From positions 1 to 60,723 of IMG/VR virus record IMGVR_UViG_3300027963_000084: DNA of 60,723 bases; one strand, 5' to 3'. Both the position numbers and the translations under genes were made by a program. This document shows, piece by piece, positions 45,078-55,094 of this stretch (the first letter of the stretch is position 1; each line of letters begins with the position of its first letter). The DNA comes from a virus. Its lineage: Duplodnaviria; Caudoviricetes. The notes below the pieces were generated by a model, which saw only the letters and a program-made list of their open reading frames with translations, searched no databases and had not been told where the DNA came from.

Positions 45078-45314
45078 TCAATTGTTAGAAAAATTAACCC
45101 GGGCACGTTCGTAAGCATGGTTCACAACGGTCGTAATGTAGGCAGCGATCCGGCGAGAATGGGCGGCGTCGGTGACATTCTCGTCAACCTCTTCCTCTTC
45201 GTCCTCGTCCAGCTGCTGCACGTACATGTCAGCCTCATCTGCAGCGACATCCAATGTGCCGCAGATAATTCCCCAGTCAGTATCAGAAAGCTCAATGGAA
45301 ATGATCACGTCCAC
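45078..45314 (-). CDS. Small acidic protein
   Basis: About one quarter D/E, including DEDEEEEVDE. Confidence 0.65.
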   Translation of the reverse strand: MDVIISIELSDTDWGIICGTLDVAADEADMYVQQLDEDEEEEVDENVTDAAHSRRIAAYITTVVNHAYERARVNFSNN

Positions 45315-45601
45315 CTCGGGTAAATAAGAACTCCGTTCGTCTTCGCTCCGTTCATAACCTCAATCGCACAGATCCTCGGGAACTGCTTGGCGACCATCGC
45401 AGCCGATTCCATCAAAGGCTGGCCGTCGATTGTCGGTCGGTTCACTTGGATGTAAGCGTTGATATCGGAGAAGTCTTCTTGGTCGCTCGGGCCTTCCTCT
45501 GTCCTCTCAACCCACGTTCGTATCACCGTGGAGTGAGTGCGGAATGCGAGGATGTTTTCGTACAACCGCTGCGGCTTGTTGAACATTGGCAAGAAACTCA
45601 T
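45305..45601 (-). CDS. Hypothetical protein
   Basis: GAGGT RBS; in operon. Confidence 0.7.
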   Translation of the reverse strand: MSFLPMFNKPQRLYENILAFRTHSTVIRTWVERTEEGPSDQEDFSDINAYIQVNRPTIDGQPLMESAAMVAKQFPRICAIEVMNGAKTNGVLIYPRWT

Positions 45602-45604
45602 ACC

Positions 45605-46210
45605 TCACCCCATGTTGTTATCAGTTTTGCTCGGAGCCTTGCGACCTCGGCCTCTAGCCGCCGGATCTTCTCTGTTAACTGTCTCAACTTTTCCTCCCCC
45701 GCATCGGAACAATCCTGTGTCACCGTCAACAAACTCCAGCAGTGTATGGGGGTACAGTAGTTGTAGTAATTCTTCTGCAGAACGCAAATGACTTTTTGGC
45801 GCAACCAATGTCGGCACTGAGTACCCTCGCCCCCGGTCAAATACATCCTGCTCAGTCCACGTATCGTCTCTGTCCAGTGCGCTGATCCATACCCACTTGC
45901 CGGTCGGTTGACTGATGAACACGTAGGCAAAGTGTCTGATCCGTTCCTTTGCCAGACCATTCAGATCGTCAACGAATACGGTGTCGTATGGGTAATCGTT
46001 TGGCGAGGTGAATGTGATCGACCGGCTCTTTATCTCCAGGCTTACCATCGCCACCGCATCCGGCGTCTCACAGTGGTCGGTGTTTTTGTTGTGCCCCTTA
46101 ATAATCAGCTTGCGACCGTGAGCCGCAGACCGACCGGCGGAGCGGGTGGTATCAACCCACGCCCGCTCCGCCCGGTGGCCGTCAGCTAGTGCCGATTTGA
46201 ACGAACGCAC
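45605..46210 (-). CDS. PD-(D/E)xK nuclease-like protein
   Basis: GHRAE...TPDAV...LEIKSR; probable GTG start at 46210 after GGAGG. Confidence 0.6.
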   Translation of the reverse strand: MRSFKSALADGHRAERAWVDTTRSAGRSAAHGRKLIIKGHNKNTDHCETPDAVAMVSLEIKSRSITFTSPNDYPYDTVFVDDLNGLAKERIRHFAYVFISQPTGKWVWISALDRDDTWTEQDVFDRGRGYSVPTLVAPKSHLRSAEELLQLLYPHTLLEFVDGDTGLFRCGGGKVETVNREDPAARGRGRKAPSKTDNNMG

Positions 46211-46688
46211 CAGTGGACCTCCATGCATAGGAACGAAGGACAGCGGGCACCCGCCGTTCCGACCGGCGGCGCACTTCCTTGGCGCGTCGGTACAACTCTT
46301 CCGGCTCTGGATCGCTGGGCTGCAACCCCTCGTCAATCCACTCCATGTGCATGGGGATGTATTCCGCTGCCCGAATCTCGTCTGCTCGGCGTCGAACATC
46401 CGCAGACCACGCGGGGGTCATCCCAAATATCTCGGCAATATCTGCATCACCCAAACCCCAGTCCTTCTGGGAGATGAGAGCCAGTCGCTCTTGGCTCGGG
46501 ATGCCTTTGAACTTCCTCAGAATGCGAACCACACCACGGCAGGTGTTGGTTTCAAAGTCCATCTGCGTGGCCACCCTGGCCGCGCTCTCCTTGTTCATCA
46601 CGCAACGCCGGTACAGCACTGCGGCGAAAGCCAAAGGATGCCGCAATTCGATTCCACAATCGTTTCCAGAAACTGACAGGTTGAACAT
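46182..46688 (-). CDS. Hypothetical protein with HTH-like segment
   Basis: AAGGAGGTG RBS before MFNLS; GLGDADIAEIFGMTPAW. Confidence 0.6.
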   Translation of the reverse strand: MFNLSVSGNDCGIELRHPLAFAAVLYRRCVMNKESAARVATQMDFETNTCRGVVRILRKFKGIPSQERLALISQKDWGLGDADIAEIFGMTPAWSADVRRRADEIRAAEYIPMHMEWIDEGLQPSDPEPEELYRRAKEVRRRSERRVPAVLRSYAWRSTGAFVQIGTS

Positions 46689-46768
46689 CGTCACCTCCTT
46701 GTACAAATGCATGCTCCGGTGGGAACGCATGCGGGACATCGAACACCTCCAGAATTTCGGACACCGTC

Positions 46769-47830
46769 TCATCGACTAACAAATCTGTCTTCTCGTCCAT
46801 GTCGTCTACCCAGTTCCTTTCTGAACATTGCCCTGATCCAGCCGTTCAACTTCTCATTGCCAGCGGCCCATCCGACATAGTGGTCTGGCAGTTCGCTCAG
46901 CTTGTAACCTGCGTAACGACCCTTTAGCGGATTGTTGTATGTGCCGACTGAGCGGACACCCTTCCACGTAATGTCAACGTCTTTGCCGTGGATGCGGCCC
47001 TCGCCACGGCCTTGTGTGTTGCGGCGCATCTCTTCGATGAGCTTGGCGCTGGCGATCTTCGCCGCCTTCTCTTCCGCCGCCGCCTTCGCAAGAGCGTCTA
47101 TCTCTTCTTGCGTGAGTGGTTTTTTCGCCGCCGCTTCCCGTACACCTGCTTTGACTTCCTCGTCGTCTGAGGTGCAGAACATGTCCACGCTTGTGATAAC
47201 TGTGTGGTTAAGAGTTCCTGCTGTGCAGTCAACGATCTTAAAATGAGGTTTGTCAGAACGTGCGATTGCAGCAATTCGGTCGGCAGGTGTGAGAAGGTTG
47301 TCCCCGTCAACGACACCGGGGAGAGGACGAGTGGCTCGCCCAACGCACTGCAGCCAGAAGGATCGGGATCGGGTTGGTCTGGCGAGGATGAGGGTTGCGG
47401 TCGGTGGGTAATCGAATCCGACTGCGACGACTTGGCAGTTGACAAGGACTCTGGCTTGCTTGGATTTGAAGGCGGATAGTGCATCGTTCCTCTCCTCGTC
47501 AGGCATCGTTCCCCACACACACACCGCTGGTATCCCGTAGTTCCGTGTCAGGTATTCGGTCGCACCCTTGGCTGCGAACACGCTGGCTGTGAACAAGACT
47601 GTCTGACCTTCCATCTCGTCAGCGGTGATGATGCAGGCTCGGTGCAGGTTCGCTTCCTTGTTCAGTTCCGCCTGGAGCTTCGTCTGATTGAAATCCCCAC
47701 CAACAAGGTTGACCTTCGACAGATCCAGCGACTCCACCTTGCTCAGCTTGCAGATGGGAGGCACTGCCCATCCGTTGGCGATGGCCCACTGCAGGTCGTA
47801 GTTACAGACTGATCGTTCGTAGAATTGCAT
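46769..47830 (-). CDS. SF2 helicase, C-terminal (RecA2) half
   Basis: TVLFTASV, VLVNCQVVAVGFDYP and ARPTRS...QCVGRATR; own AGGAG RBS. Confidence 0.88.
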   Translation of the reverse strand: MQFYERSVCNYDLQWAIANGWAVPPICKLSKVESLDLSKVNLVGGDFNQTKLQAELNKEANLHRACIITADEMEGQTVLFTASVFAAKGATEYLTRNYGIPAVCVWGTMPDEERNDALSAFKSKQARVLVNCQVVAVGFDYPPTATLILARPTRSRSFWLQCVGRATRPLPGVVDGDNLLTPADRIAAIARSDKPHFKIVDCTAGTLNHTVITSVDMFCTSDDEEVKAGVREAAAKKPLTQEEIDALAKAAAEEKAAKIASAKLIEEMRRNTQGRGEGRIHGKDVDITWKGVRSVGTYNNPLKGRYAGYKLSELPDHYVGWAAGNEKLNGWIRAMFRKELGRRHGREDRFVSR

Positions 47831-48333
47831 GCTTCGCTCCTAAGCATTGGTTGGCCATCCATGCGGAATGGTGTGGCGGTGAATCCAATGACCATCGCTC
47901 CTTGGTCTTGGAAATACTTCAGCATCTCAATCACTGGCTCGCTGCACTGCATATGAGCCTCGTCAACAATCACAAGCTCAAAGCCATCGAATCTCCGGTA
48001 TCGCTTCGCACCTTGGCGGCTGGAGAGCAGCGTCTGCTTGCTGGCCACCACAACCTTGGCGGGCCAGTAGTCGCGCTCGGCAACGAAGTCAGCCATCTCA
48101 ATGTCTGGGTCTGTGTCGGTGACCTGCCGCACCTTGTCGGCGGCTTGCCAGACAAGCTCACGCATGGGGGCGACGATCAGCGTCCTGCCTTTGATGCGGT
48201 CGGCCAGCGCGGTGAATACGATTGTCTTGCCCGCGCCGGTAAACAGGCCGACCAGTGCCGACCGAACGCCTCGGGCCTTCGCATCCAGCAGCGACTCAAT
48301 CACTTCCGTTTGATAGTCACGTAGTCTCAGCAT
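47743..48333 (-). CDS. SF2 helicase, N-terminal (RecA1/ATPase) half
   Basis: LRDYQ, TGAGKT, DEAH and TATP motifs; GGAGG RBS. Confidence 0.9.
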   Translation of the reverse strand: MLRLRDYQTEVIESLLDAKARGVRSALVGLFTGAGKTIVFTALADRIKGRTLIVAPMRELVWQAADKVRQVTDTDPDIEMADFVAERDYWPAKVVVASKQTLLSSRQGAKRYRRFDGFELVIVDEAHMQCSEPVIEMLKYFQDQGAMVIGFTATPFRMDGQPMLRSEACNSTNDQSVTTTCSGPSPTDGQCLPSAS

Positions 48334-48353
48334 CCCTACCTCCGTGTAAGAAC

Positions 48354-48401
48354 CCCCGGGGAGAGCGACGAGCGGAGGATCTCGCCGCTCTCAACCCGGG
48401 G
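48354..48401 (-). terminator. Long GC-rich hairpin between ssb and the helicase
   Basis: CCCCGGG-GAGAGCGACGAG / CTCGCCGCTCTC-AA-CCCGGGG inverted repeat; only a weak U-tract. Confidence 0.5.
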
Positions 48402-48412
48402 TCGCGCGTTCG

Positions 48413-48754
48413 CTAGAAAGCGTCGATGAACTCGTCCTTCTCAGCCTGGTCCTTCTTGCCTCCGACCAGCCGGATGTCAGAAACATTGAGGACGATCTTG
48501 CTCCTCTTCTGGCCATCCTTCTCCCAGGTCTGCTGATCCAGTTCGCCTTCGACCAAGACCGCAGTGCCACGGTGCAGGAAGTCCAGCACACCGCCGCCAC
48601 GCCAATACTCGCAATCCATAAACAGAACCTTGCCCTTCTTAAAGGGGCTGTTCACTGCGATAGCGAACTTGGCCACATCACGCTCACCGGCCTGACGCAC
48701 TTCAACGTCATTGGTGATGTTGCCCAGAAGAATCGTCCGATTGAAACTAGCCAT
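48413..48754 (-). CDS. ssb: Single-stranded DNA-binding protein
   Basis: NRTILLGNIT.D.E, FAIAVN, G..VLVEGEL...WEKDGQKRS, and an acidic tail ending in F. Confidence 0.93.
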   Translation of the reverse strand: MASFNRTILLGNITNDVEVRQAGERDVAKFAIAVNSPFKKGKVLFMDCEYWRGGGVLDFLHRGTAVLVEGELDQQTWEKDGQKRSKIVLNVSDIRLVGGKKDQAEKDEFIDAF

Positions 48755-49409
48755 TGGTCACTACCTCCTTGTCCCACAGCCGAACAAATTCGGCCTTGCA
48801 TCGGTCATACACATCACGCCCAATCGCCTTCTCCCGAAGACGAAGTTCCACGGTCTTCATCACGCGGACGGCACCAGCGCGGTCGTCAGCGTTCGCAATG
48901 TCGGTCTTCCAGCCCTGCTCCAGCTGCAGGTTGCGGATGGCCTTGGTGGGTTCCTGACGCTGCGGTGTCCTCTGCGGAGCCGCCTCGGGACGAACGCTGT
49001 CGCCATCGTCATCCGCTTCGCCAGAGAAGCCGCCGGTCAGGGCCATCAGCAGGGTGCGCTTGGCATAGGTCATCGCGGCACCAAACCCCTGCATGTCGCC
49101 CTTTGGATTAACAAGAGGGGCAATGCCGGTGAGGTACTGGCCGCTCTTGTGACGAAGCGTCCCAACCACAACCCACTGCCCGTTGACCATCCCTGGCCGG
49201 AAGTCCGGCAGGGCGATCCCATTCCGTGTCAGCGGGCCACGCAGAGCGTCACAGCAGGTCGCGTAGCTGCTGAACTTGCTGCGGAAGTGCGGGTTGCTGG
49301 CATCCAGTTCAACGTGCTTAAACTCAGCCTGCGCCTTTGCCAACGCCTCAGTGAGTGCGCTGGTGTCAGGCGAAGTGCTGGGTCCGAGAATGTCATTGGA
49401 ATCGTTCAT
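48747..49409 (-). CDS. ERF-family ssDNA annealing protein
   Basis: ALAKAQ...NPHFRSKF...GAAMTYAKR..L...DDDG. Confidence 0.9.
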   Translation of the reverse strand: MNDSNDILGPSTSPDTSALTEALAKAQAEFKHVELDASNPHFRSKFSSYATCCDALRGPLTRNGIALPDFRPGMVNGQWVVVGTLRHKSGQYLTGIAPLVNPKGDMQGFGAAMTYAKRTLLMALTGGFSGEADDDGDSVRPEAAPQRTPQRQEPTKAIRNLQLEQGWKTDIANADDRAGAVRVMKTVELRLREKAIGRDVYDRCKAEFVRLWDKEVVTNG

Positions 49410-50260
49410 AGTGTGATTACCTCCTCCTTTTCCTTGTTAGTCCACGCCGGGAACTGAAGCTCCGTGATCTCGCCAACGTCGGCGGATTCGTAGATGCCAG
49501 TCTCCCGGCGAAGGCGAACCTCCTCCATCACGCGGGTCATACGCTTGCCCGCTTCCTCAACGATCTCTGTCGGCAGATAGAAGACGCGGCACCCAAAGGG
49601 CGGCATCGTCTGAACAAAGACGAACGGCATGCGGAAGTGATCCATGCCCAGAGCCATAGCCCCTTGGACATAGAACCACTCCTGCTCCGCATAGCCAAAG
49701 TCGATGGCACTGCGGAACACCTTGTCCCAAGTGGACGAGGTGGACTTCAGATCCCACCACAGGCTGGGGGTGCAACCGTCAGGCCGCACCTTGCAGCGGT
49801 GGCCCATCAATTCAAAGAACACACTGACCTGAGTCTCTGTGGTTCGCTCAACTAATTCTCTGGCAGCAGGGTTGGCCAGCAGATGTTCCACCATCATCTC
49901 CAACTGCCATGCCTCTTCAGCATTGCAATCGACCAGCCCCTTCCGGTCGGCCTCCAGTTTCCAAGCGTCGTACTTCAGACCCCGTCTGTGCCCGTTGCTG
50001 GCAAGGACATCCGCCGGGGGGATGGCGAGAATGTCAGTAAACTTTTTCCCCTCGCAGATGCCGGTCACCAGCGTGTCGAACTTGGTCCCGGTTCTCGTCC
50101 CAGCGTTTCCGCTGAAGAGCGAGTAGCCCCGGTCCATCCACTGCTGTGCCTCGCCGCCGAAGCGGTAGACCGCATGCAGGTAGGAGCGACCGAGAAAATC
50201 GTTCTGAGTTTGGTAGTCGGAGTTCGACATACCGATGATCTTCCGTGGCAAACTATCCAT
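49406..50260 (-). CDS. RecE/exonuclease VIII-like PD-(D/E)xK exonuclease
   Basis: CKVRPD...WDLKST...FGYAEQ..FY...FVFVQ; AGGAGGT RBS before ATG 50260; adjacent to the ERF gene. Confidence 0.85.
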   Translation of the reverse strand: MDSLPRKIIGMSNSDYQTQNDFLGRSYLHAVYRFGGEAQQWMDRGYSLFSGNAGTRTGTKFDTLVTGICEGKKFTDILAIPPADVLASNGHRRGLKYDAWKLEADRKGLVDCNAEEAWQLEMMVEHLLANPAARELVERTTETQVSVFFELMGHRCKVRPDGCTPSLWWDLKSTSSTWDKVFRSAIDFGYAEQEWFYVQGAMALGMDHFRMPFVFVQTMPPFGCRVFYLPTEIVEEAGKRMTRVMEEVRLRRETGIYESADVGEITELQFPAWTNKEKEEVITL

Positions 50261-50607
50261 GCGTACACCTCCTAAAAAGAAGCCGCCTCCGTGCGGCGAA
50301 TCGACTCCATCCGAAGGTCGCGTCGAAACAAAACGACAGCCCGACCTAACTGTCCAAGAGCGAGAAGCGTGAGCAGAGTGCCCACCGCATGCAGAAAGAG
50401 GAGCGTCACCAGCGAGGCTAGGACTGCACCGCGTATGATTCGGGAGATCCACCCCGATGGGGGGATTCTGCGACCGACACTATCCAATTGAGCTAGGGGT
50501 GCCATACGGAACTGAATCATACCAGGGGGGTTGGCGCTCTGAAAGTGGGCAATATCTTCACCCCCCGGGGCGGGAATTACACCACTGATTTTCAAACCAC
50601 AAAACCC

Positions 50608-51429
50608 ATGTCCTTGGCGGATTTTGCGCGAGCCTATGCCCTCCGTGCGGGGGCTAGTCCCGGCTACACGGAGCAACTCGTTGTCCTGACCAAGCGGCTG
50701 CCTTGGGGGGTGGGTGATTTGACAATCGACAACATCGATGCCTACCTCACCAAAGCGCTGGGTCATCTCGCCGCCTCCACGGTCCACAACCACAGAAGAA
50801 TGCTTAGCACCCTTCGCAAAGCCGCCCTCCGGGACGGCCTGTTGGTGGACGATTGTACACGTCCGATCCGCAGAGTCAAACACAATCTTCCGATGGTCCG
50901 TGCTTGGACTCACCAAGAGATGGCTCACCTGCTTGCGGTAGCCTCGGAGATGCCGGGGGGTACGCTGCATTGCCCGCACAAAGTGCTGCTGCCCGCGTGG
51001 ATTCTGGTGGGCTACAGCAGCGGGCTGCGGCTGGGTGATCTGCTGGCAGTCACCTACGACTCCCTGCGGGGAGATCGCTTGGCTACGGTTCTGCAGAAAA
51101 CTCGCCAGCAACATGTGGTCGTCCTTGACGCAAATGCTCTAACAGCGATTAGCTCGCTACCCCGGAGAGGGCCGAAGATTTTCGGTTCCCTCGTCGGTCG
51201 GTCGCGGATTATTGTCGCTATGCGAAATTTGGTCAAACGGTCTGGGCTGACCGGAAGTGGCAAATACCTGCGAAGAAGCAGTGCCACATACGCCCAATTA
51301 GCTGGAATTGATCCAACTGGACACTTAGGTCATTTGACCCCGGGGATGAAAAAGCACTACCTAGACCCCGTGATTCTTGCGGATCTGAAACGAGCCGTGC
51401 CCAGCATAGAGATGGCTGGGATGCGCTAG
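50608..51429 (+). CDS. Tyrosine recombinase/integrase
   Basis: SGLRLGDLL, QKT, YLRRSSAT, HLGH and KKHYLD catalytic motifs; start could be 50545. Confidence 0.88.
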   Translation: MSLADFARAYALRAGASPGYTEQLVVLTKRLPWGVGDLTIDNIDAYLTKALGHLAASTVHNHRRMLSTLRKAALRDGLLVDDCTRPIRRVKHNLPMVRAWTHQEMAHLLAVASEMPGGTLHCPHKVLLPAWILVGYSSGLRLGDLLAVTYDSLRGDRLATVLQKTRQQHVVVLDANALTAISSLPRRGPKIFGSLVGRSRIIVAMRNLVKRSGLTGSGKYLRRSSATYAQLAGIDPTGHLGHLTPGMKKHYLDPVILADLKRAVPSIEMAGMR

Positions 51430-54400
51430 GCGTTCTGGACGACACCCAGCATTTGCAGTGGGTCTAGCATTGTGTCGGCTTTTTTCTTTGCCCTAGCCCG
51501 CTTGGCGGCTTCAGACTGGATGATCTTGTAGAGCAAATACATCTGCCGCTGCTTCTCGGGCATGGCCCGCAGAACCTCGTCTGGGACCGTCACGTTCTCA
51601 TAGGTCCGCACACCTGGGGTAGCCGTGAGGAGTTGGTTGAGCGTGTCCCTCGCGGCCAGCTGCCGCGTCCTCTCTTGGTCAACGTCCTGCAGCTTTAGCC
51701 CCGTCAGTGCGTTGACTCCGAACTTGGCCAGCTTTTCTGGCATGGAGAGACGTTGGTCGGATAACTGCCTGACGGTTCCCACCAAGCGACTGCCGCCCGG
51801 GGAGTTCATCAACACGTTCTCTAGCGTCCGGCCCGGGGTGCCAAGGCTTTGCTCCAGCATGGAGTACAAGTCCGACAGCTGGCGACCGCTGAAGAACTGC
51901 CTGTTGGTAGCTATCTCCAGTGGGCCTTTGATGAGCGGGTTGGTCTGGCCCAAGAGATTCAGCGCGGTCTTCTGGGCAGTGTGGCCCAGTGCGTCAAAGG
52001 CGTTGTTGCCGACACCAGGCGTGAAGAGATTGATCACGCTCTCAAATGGAAGATCGATGTTGGTCAGGTAGCGGCGCAGGTTGGAGTTGTCACCAAGCCC
52101 GATGCCCGGGAACCCGCCCGGGACAGGAATGCTCGCGGACTGCCGCAGGTACTCGGGCGTGAAGTTGTCTTCGCTCGCAGCCCCGGCACGGTTGATGCCA
52201 CGGATGCTCTGTCCCATCAGACCGGCTGGCTTGTGCAGCAACTGATCTGCGATGAGCGGAGTAATGCCACGGCTGTAACTATAAAACGGCAGAATCCGTT
52301 TCAGATAGTCGCGCTCAAAGTTGGTGAACGCTTCTGGGGAATAGTTAACCTGAGTCAGGTCCGCGATGCGTTTCGCCTCAGAGGGCGATGCGCCGTTGCG
52401 GATCTGGGTGAGGTAGGTGCCGTAGCGATTCATTGCGTCCGTTGTCTCGGACGTGCGGTCTGCAAGTTCTAGGAGAGGGTTGCGGTTACCCGATCCCGTC
52501 CGCGTGGCGAAGATGTTCAGCCAGTCTTTCCAAGAAGCGTTCTTCGCTCGTTCGCCAAGGTCGCTCCATGTCGGCCTAGCAGCGCCGGGGAACAATTCTT
52601 TCAGCTGCGTACCGGCTGCATCCGACAGAGTCTCGTCTGTTGCAATGCTCGTCCCAAGACCCTCTCCACCTGCTTCCGTGAGGAACTTGCGGATCTTCTC
52701 CTCGTCGGTCATTGGTCGGCGGATGCCGTTCTCAACAACGTCGGTGAACGCAGGGACACCCTCCAGCCGCTTCAGCAATGCGGAGTAGTCTCCGTTCCTC
52801 ATCAAACGTCCGGCGTTGCGATCTAGCGGGTTGTAGGAACCCTTCATCGCCGCAGCGAATGCGCCAGAATAGAGATCGCGTGAATAGCGTGAGGGCCAAG
52901 CGAGGGCGAGCGTCTTAAATGACTTTGTGTAGTTGTCGTATGCGTCACGCAAAGGATTGAGAACGGGGTCTAGCTTGCCCCGTTCCATCACGCGCGAGTA
53001 GTCATCGATGAACTTCTTGTTGAACGACACGTTGTCTAGAGGGCGACCCATCGCATTCTCTAGAACATCCATCGCCGTGTCGCCATTCAACCGCAGTTTG
53101 GACAGTGCTTCCTGCGGAGTGTAGTTCAGAAGCCCTTCCGCGTCGTCTGCATGGAAGTCATCTGCATGCTGCTTCAGCAGGCCCAGCATCTGCGATGCGT
53201 TGCTTCGCACCCGGTCTTGCCCCAACACATAGCGAGCCATCTCGTTGAACGTGTTCTGCCCAAAGATCGGAATCTGCTTGGCGGCATGCTGCGGGTCCAT
53301 GTTCGCAACAAACCCGCTCAGCTGACGGTACATCTGGTCCCGGTAGGCTTCACGCTGTGCTTCTGGAATCTGGCTGGCAATCGATTTAGCCTGCGCTTCC
53401 AATGCCGGGACACGGTGTAGCTCCCCAGCTGCTGTCGCTCGTTTTAGCTCGTCGTTAATTCTGGCCGCATCGGCTGCGAGCGGGTGATCCTTTGGTAGAT
53501 CGGGGGCTTTGTGGATGTAGTTCCCTTCATCGTCCACAGCATCCATCCAGCCGTACAAATCGGGCGAGTCGTCTGGGAGGTTGTCCCTCCCCCATCCCTC
53601 AAACATCTCGCGGGCTTGCTGAAGGTTGGATTCTCTCAGCCCCTTCTGTAGCTCAGCATCCATCGACATGCGGTTGAGGATGTCCGTGCCGCCCACCACG
53701 TCTGTGTAGTCTCTTCGCCCACGCCCCATGTTGTCGTTGAACATCACAGGCCGGTCGCCCTTGGCATAGGGGCGGGCGGCGCGGTCTGGTGTAATAGCCC
53801 CTGCTGGCCACGCTGCGTTCTGCGGAACGTCAAAGTGCAGCTGCTGGCGAGGGAAGAAGCCAGTCCCGGCCCGGGAGTTGTATTCCTCCAGAGGCATGCC
53901 CAGCTTCTTGGCGTTGGCTACTGCCGTGTCCCGATAACCCTCAAAGAATCCGGTGAGTTTTTGGATGGCTGGCATGTCGAACAGGCCAGCCATCTCTTCT
54001 GGGACATTCTCAGGCCCATGCTCAAAGTATGTCCGCAGGGCACTGGAGAACTGCGGGTCATTCAGCGACGATCCCGCCTCGCGCAGAGCCTTGTCGGCGT
54101 CGTATTGAATCCCAGCCAACTGCTTGCGTCGGGTGGCCATTGCCTGCTGTTCTGCGGCGTGGATGCCTCTGGCCTCCCACTGCCGGTTGTAGTCAGTCAT
54201 CCCCAAGACTGTCGGATCGAATGCCCTGACCAAATTGTTGGCAATTGGCGCGGTGAATCTGTTGGTCTGCAACCCCTCGCCCAATGCGTCGGCGGTCTTG
54301 GCAACGTAATCACCAACCCCTTTCCCAAAGAGATCCGTGGCACCGTCACCCATAAACGGCATGCTGACACGGTTCATCTTGGCAAGCGGTGCAGCAAGCA

Positions 54401-55091
54401 TCTCACGCTGCGCTACGGCATCGTCGGCCACGCCAGCGTTTCGGAAGAACCGCTGTGCTGCTTCTTGGCGAGCGGCAGCGTCTGGGATGTTGTCTAGCAG
54501 TGCCTGTGCCGACTTCTCGCGTAGTGCTTGGCGAGGTCCAGTCTTGGCGACGTTCCTAGCATAGAGGTTGAAGTTGTCTAGCAGGCCGGACTTCTGTGCA
54601 GCTTGGCCAGCAAGCGTCTTAGCGCCGTGACCAAGCACAGCATTCAGCCCAAGGCTCGCGTAGGTCAACGGATCTAAAAGGAGTTCAGCCCCCAATCCGC
54701 CTGCAAAATTCACCCAACTGTCCGTGCTGCCAGCCATGCCGTACTGACGAAGTAGCTCACGTCCATCGACCCGGTCGTCGCTCGTCTCCCATAGGGCAGA
54801 CAAAGCCTTGCCTGGACCGCCAGACAAACCTCCACGCACAATGGCACCGGGGGTATCTAGCAACCATCCAAGCCCCGCAAGGCCGGATGAACCTTGCGAT
54901 GCGAGCGACCGCAGGAGGCTGGACTTCTCCTCTTCCGGCATAAGGTCTGCCAGCTGGGGCTTGCGTTTTCGCAGCGGGGCGATCCCTAGAGGATCTATCT
55001 CCAAGTAGTCGTCGGGAAGAACTCCGTACTGGGCTTGCTGCTGCAAGTCGCCATAAGGATCGTAGATATCGAATAGCGGGGAGCGTGCCAT
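51426..55091 (-). CDS. Large internal virion/DNA ejection protein
   Basis: 1221 aa, helical and A/G-rich; C-terminal VNYS...TNFER..LKRILPFYSYSR motif seen in podovirus ejection proteins. Confidence 0.65.
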   Translation of the reverse strand: MARSPLFDIYDPYGDLQQQAQYGVLPDDYLEIDPLGIAPLRKRKPQLADLMPEEEKSSLLRSLASQGSSGLAGLGWLLDTPGAIVRGGLSGGPGKALSALWETSDDRVDGRELLRQYGMAGSTDSWVNFAGGLGAELLLDPLTYASLGLNAVLGHGAKTLAGQAAQKSGLLDNFNLYARNVAKTGPRQALREKSAQALLDNIPDAAARQEAAQRFFRNAGVADDAVAQREMLAAPLAKMNRVSMPFMGDGATDLFGKGVGDYVAKTADALGEGLQTNRFTAPIANNLVRAFDPTVLGMTDYNRQWEARGIHAAEQQAMATRRKQLAGIQYDADKALREAGSSLNDPQFSSALRTYFEHGPENVPEEMAGLFDMPAIQKLTGFFEGYRDTAVANAKKLGMPLEEYNSRAGTGFFPRQQLHFDVPQNAAWPAGAITPDRAARPYAKGDRPVMFNDNMGRGRRDYTDVVGGTDILNRMSMDAELQKGLRESNLQQAREMFEGWGRDNLPDDSPDLYGWMDAVDDEGNYIHKAPDLPKDHPLAADAARINDELKRATAAGELHRVPALEAQAKSIASQIPEAQREAYRDQMYRQLSGFVANMDPQHAAKQIPIFGQNTFNEMARYVLGQDRVRSNASQMLGLLKQHADDFHADDAEGLLNYTPQEALSKLRLNGDTAMDVLENAMGRPLDNVSFNKKFIDDYSRVMERGKLDPVLNPLRDAYDNYTKSFKTLALAWPSRYSRDLYSGAFAAAMKGSYNPLDRNAGRLMRNGDYSALLKRLEGVPAFTDVVENGIRRPMTDEEKIRKFLTEAGGEGLGTSIATDETLSDAAGTQLKELFPGAARPTWSDLGERAKNASWKDWLNIFATRTGSGNRNPLLELADRTSETTDAMNRYGTYLTQIRNGASPSEAKRIADLTQVNYSPEAFTNFERDYLKRILPFYSYSRGITPLIADQLLHKPAGLMGQSIRGINRAGAASEDNFTPEYLRQSASIPVPGGFPGIGLGDNSNLRRYLTNIDLPFESVINLFTPGVGNNAFDALGHTAQKTALNLLGQTNPLIKGPLEIATNRQFFSGRQLSDLYSMLEQSLGTPGRTLENVLMNSPGGSRLVGTVRQLSDQRLSMPEKLAKFGVNALTGLKLQDVDQERTRQLAARDTLNQLLTATPGVRTYENVTVPDEVLRAMPEKQRQMYLLYKIIQSEAAKRARAKKKADTMLDPLQMLGVVQNA

Positions 55092-55094
55092 TCT

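Noticed and set aside
50272-51114. 280-aa minus-strand ORF
   Set aside because: Mostly antisense to the tyrosine recombinase. Only the last ~77 codons (50272..50505, hydrophobic) might be a real small gene, and support is too weak to call.
51426-55091. Tape measure protein or virion RNA polymerase
   Set aside because: No tail tube, sheath or chaperone genes nearby, no periodic aromatic repeats, and no polymerase catalytic motifs recognised; an ejection protein fits better.
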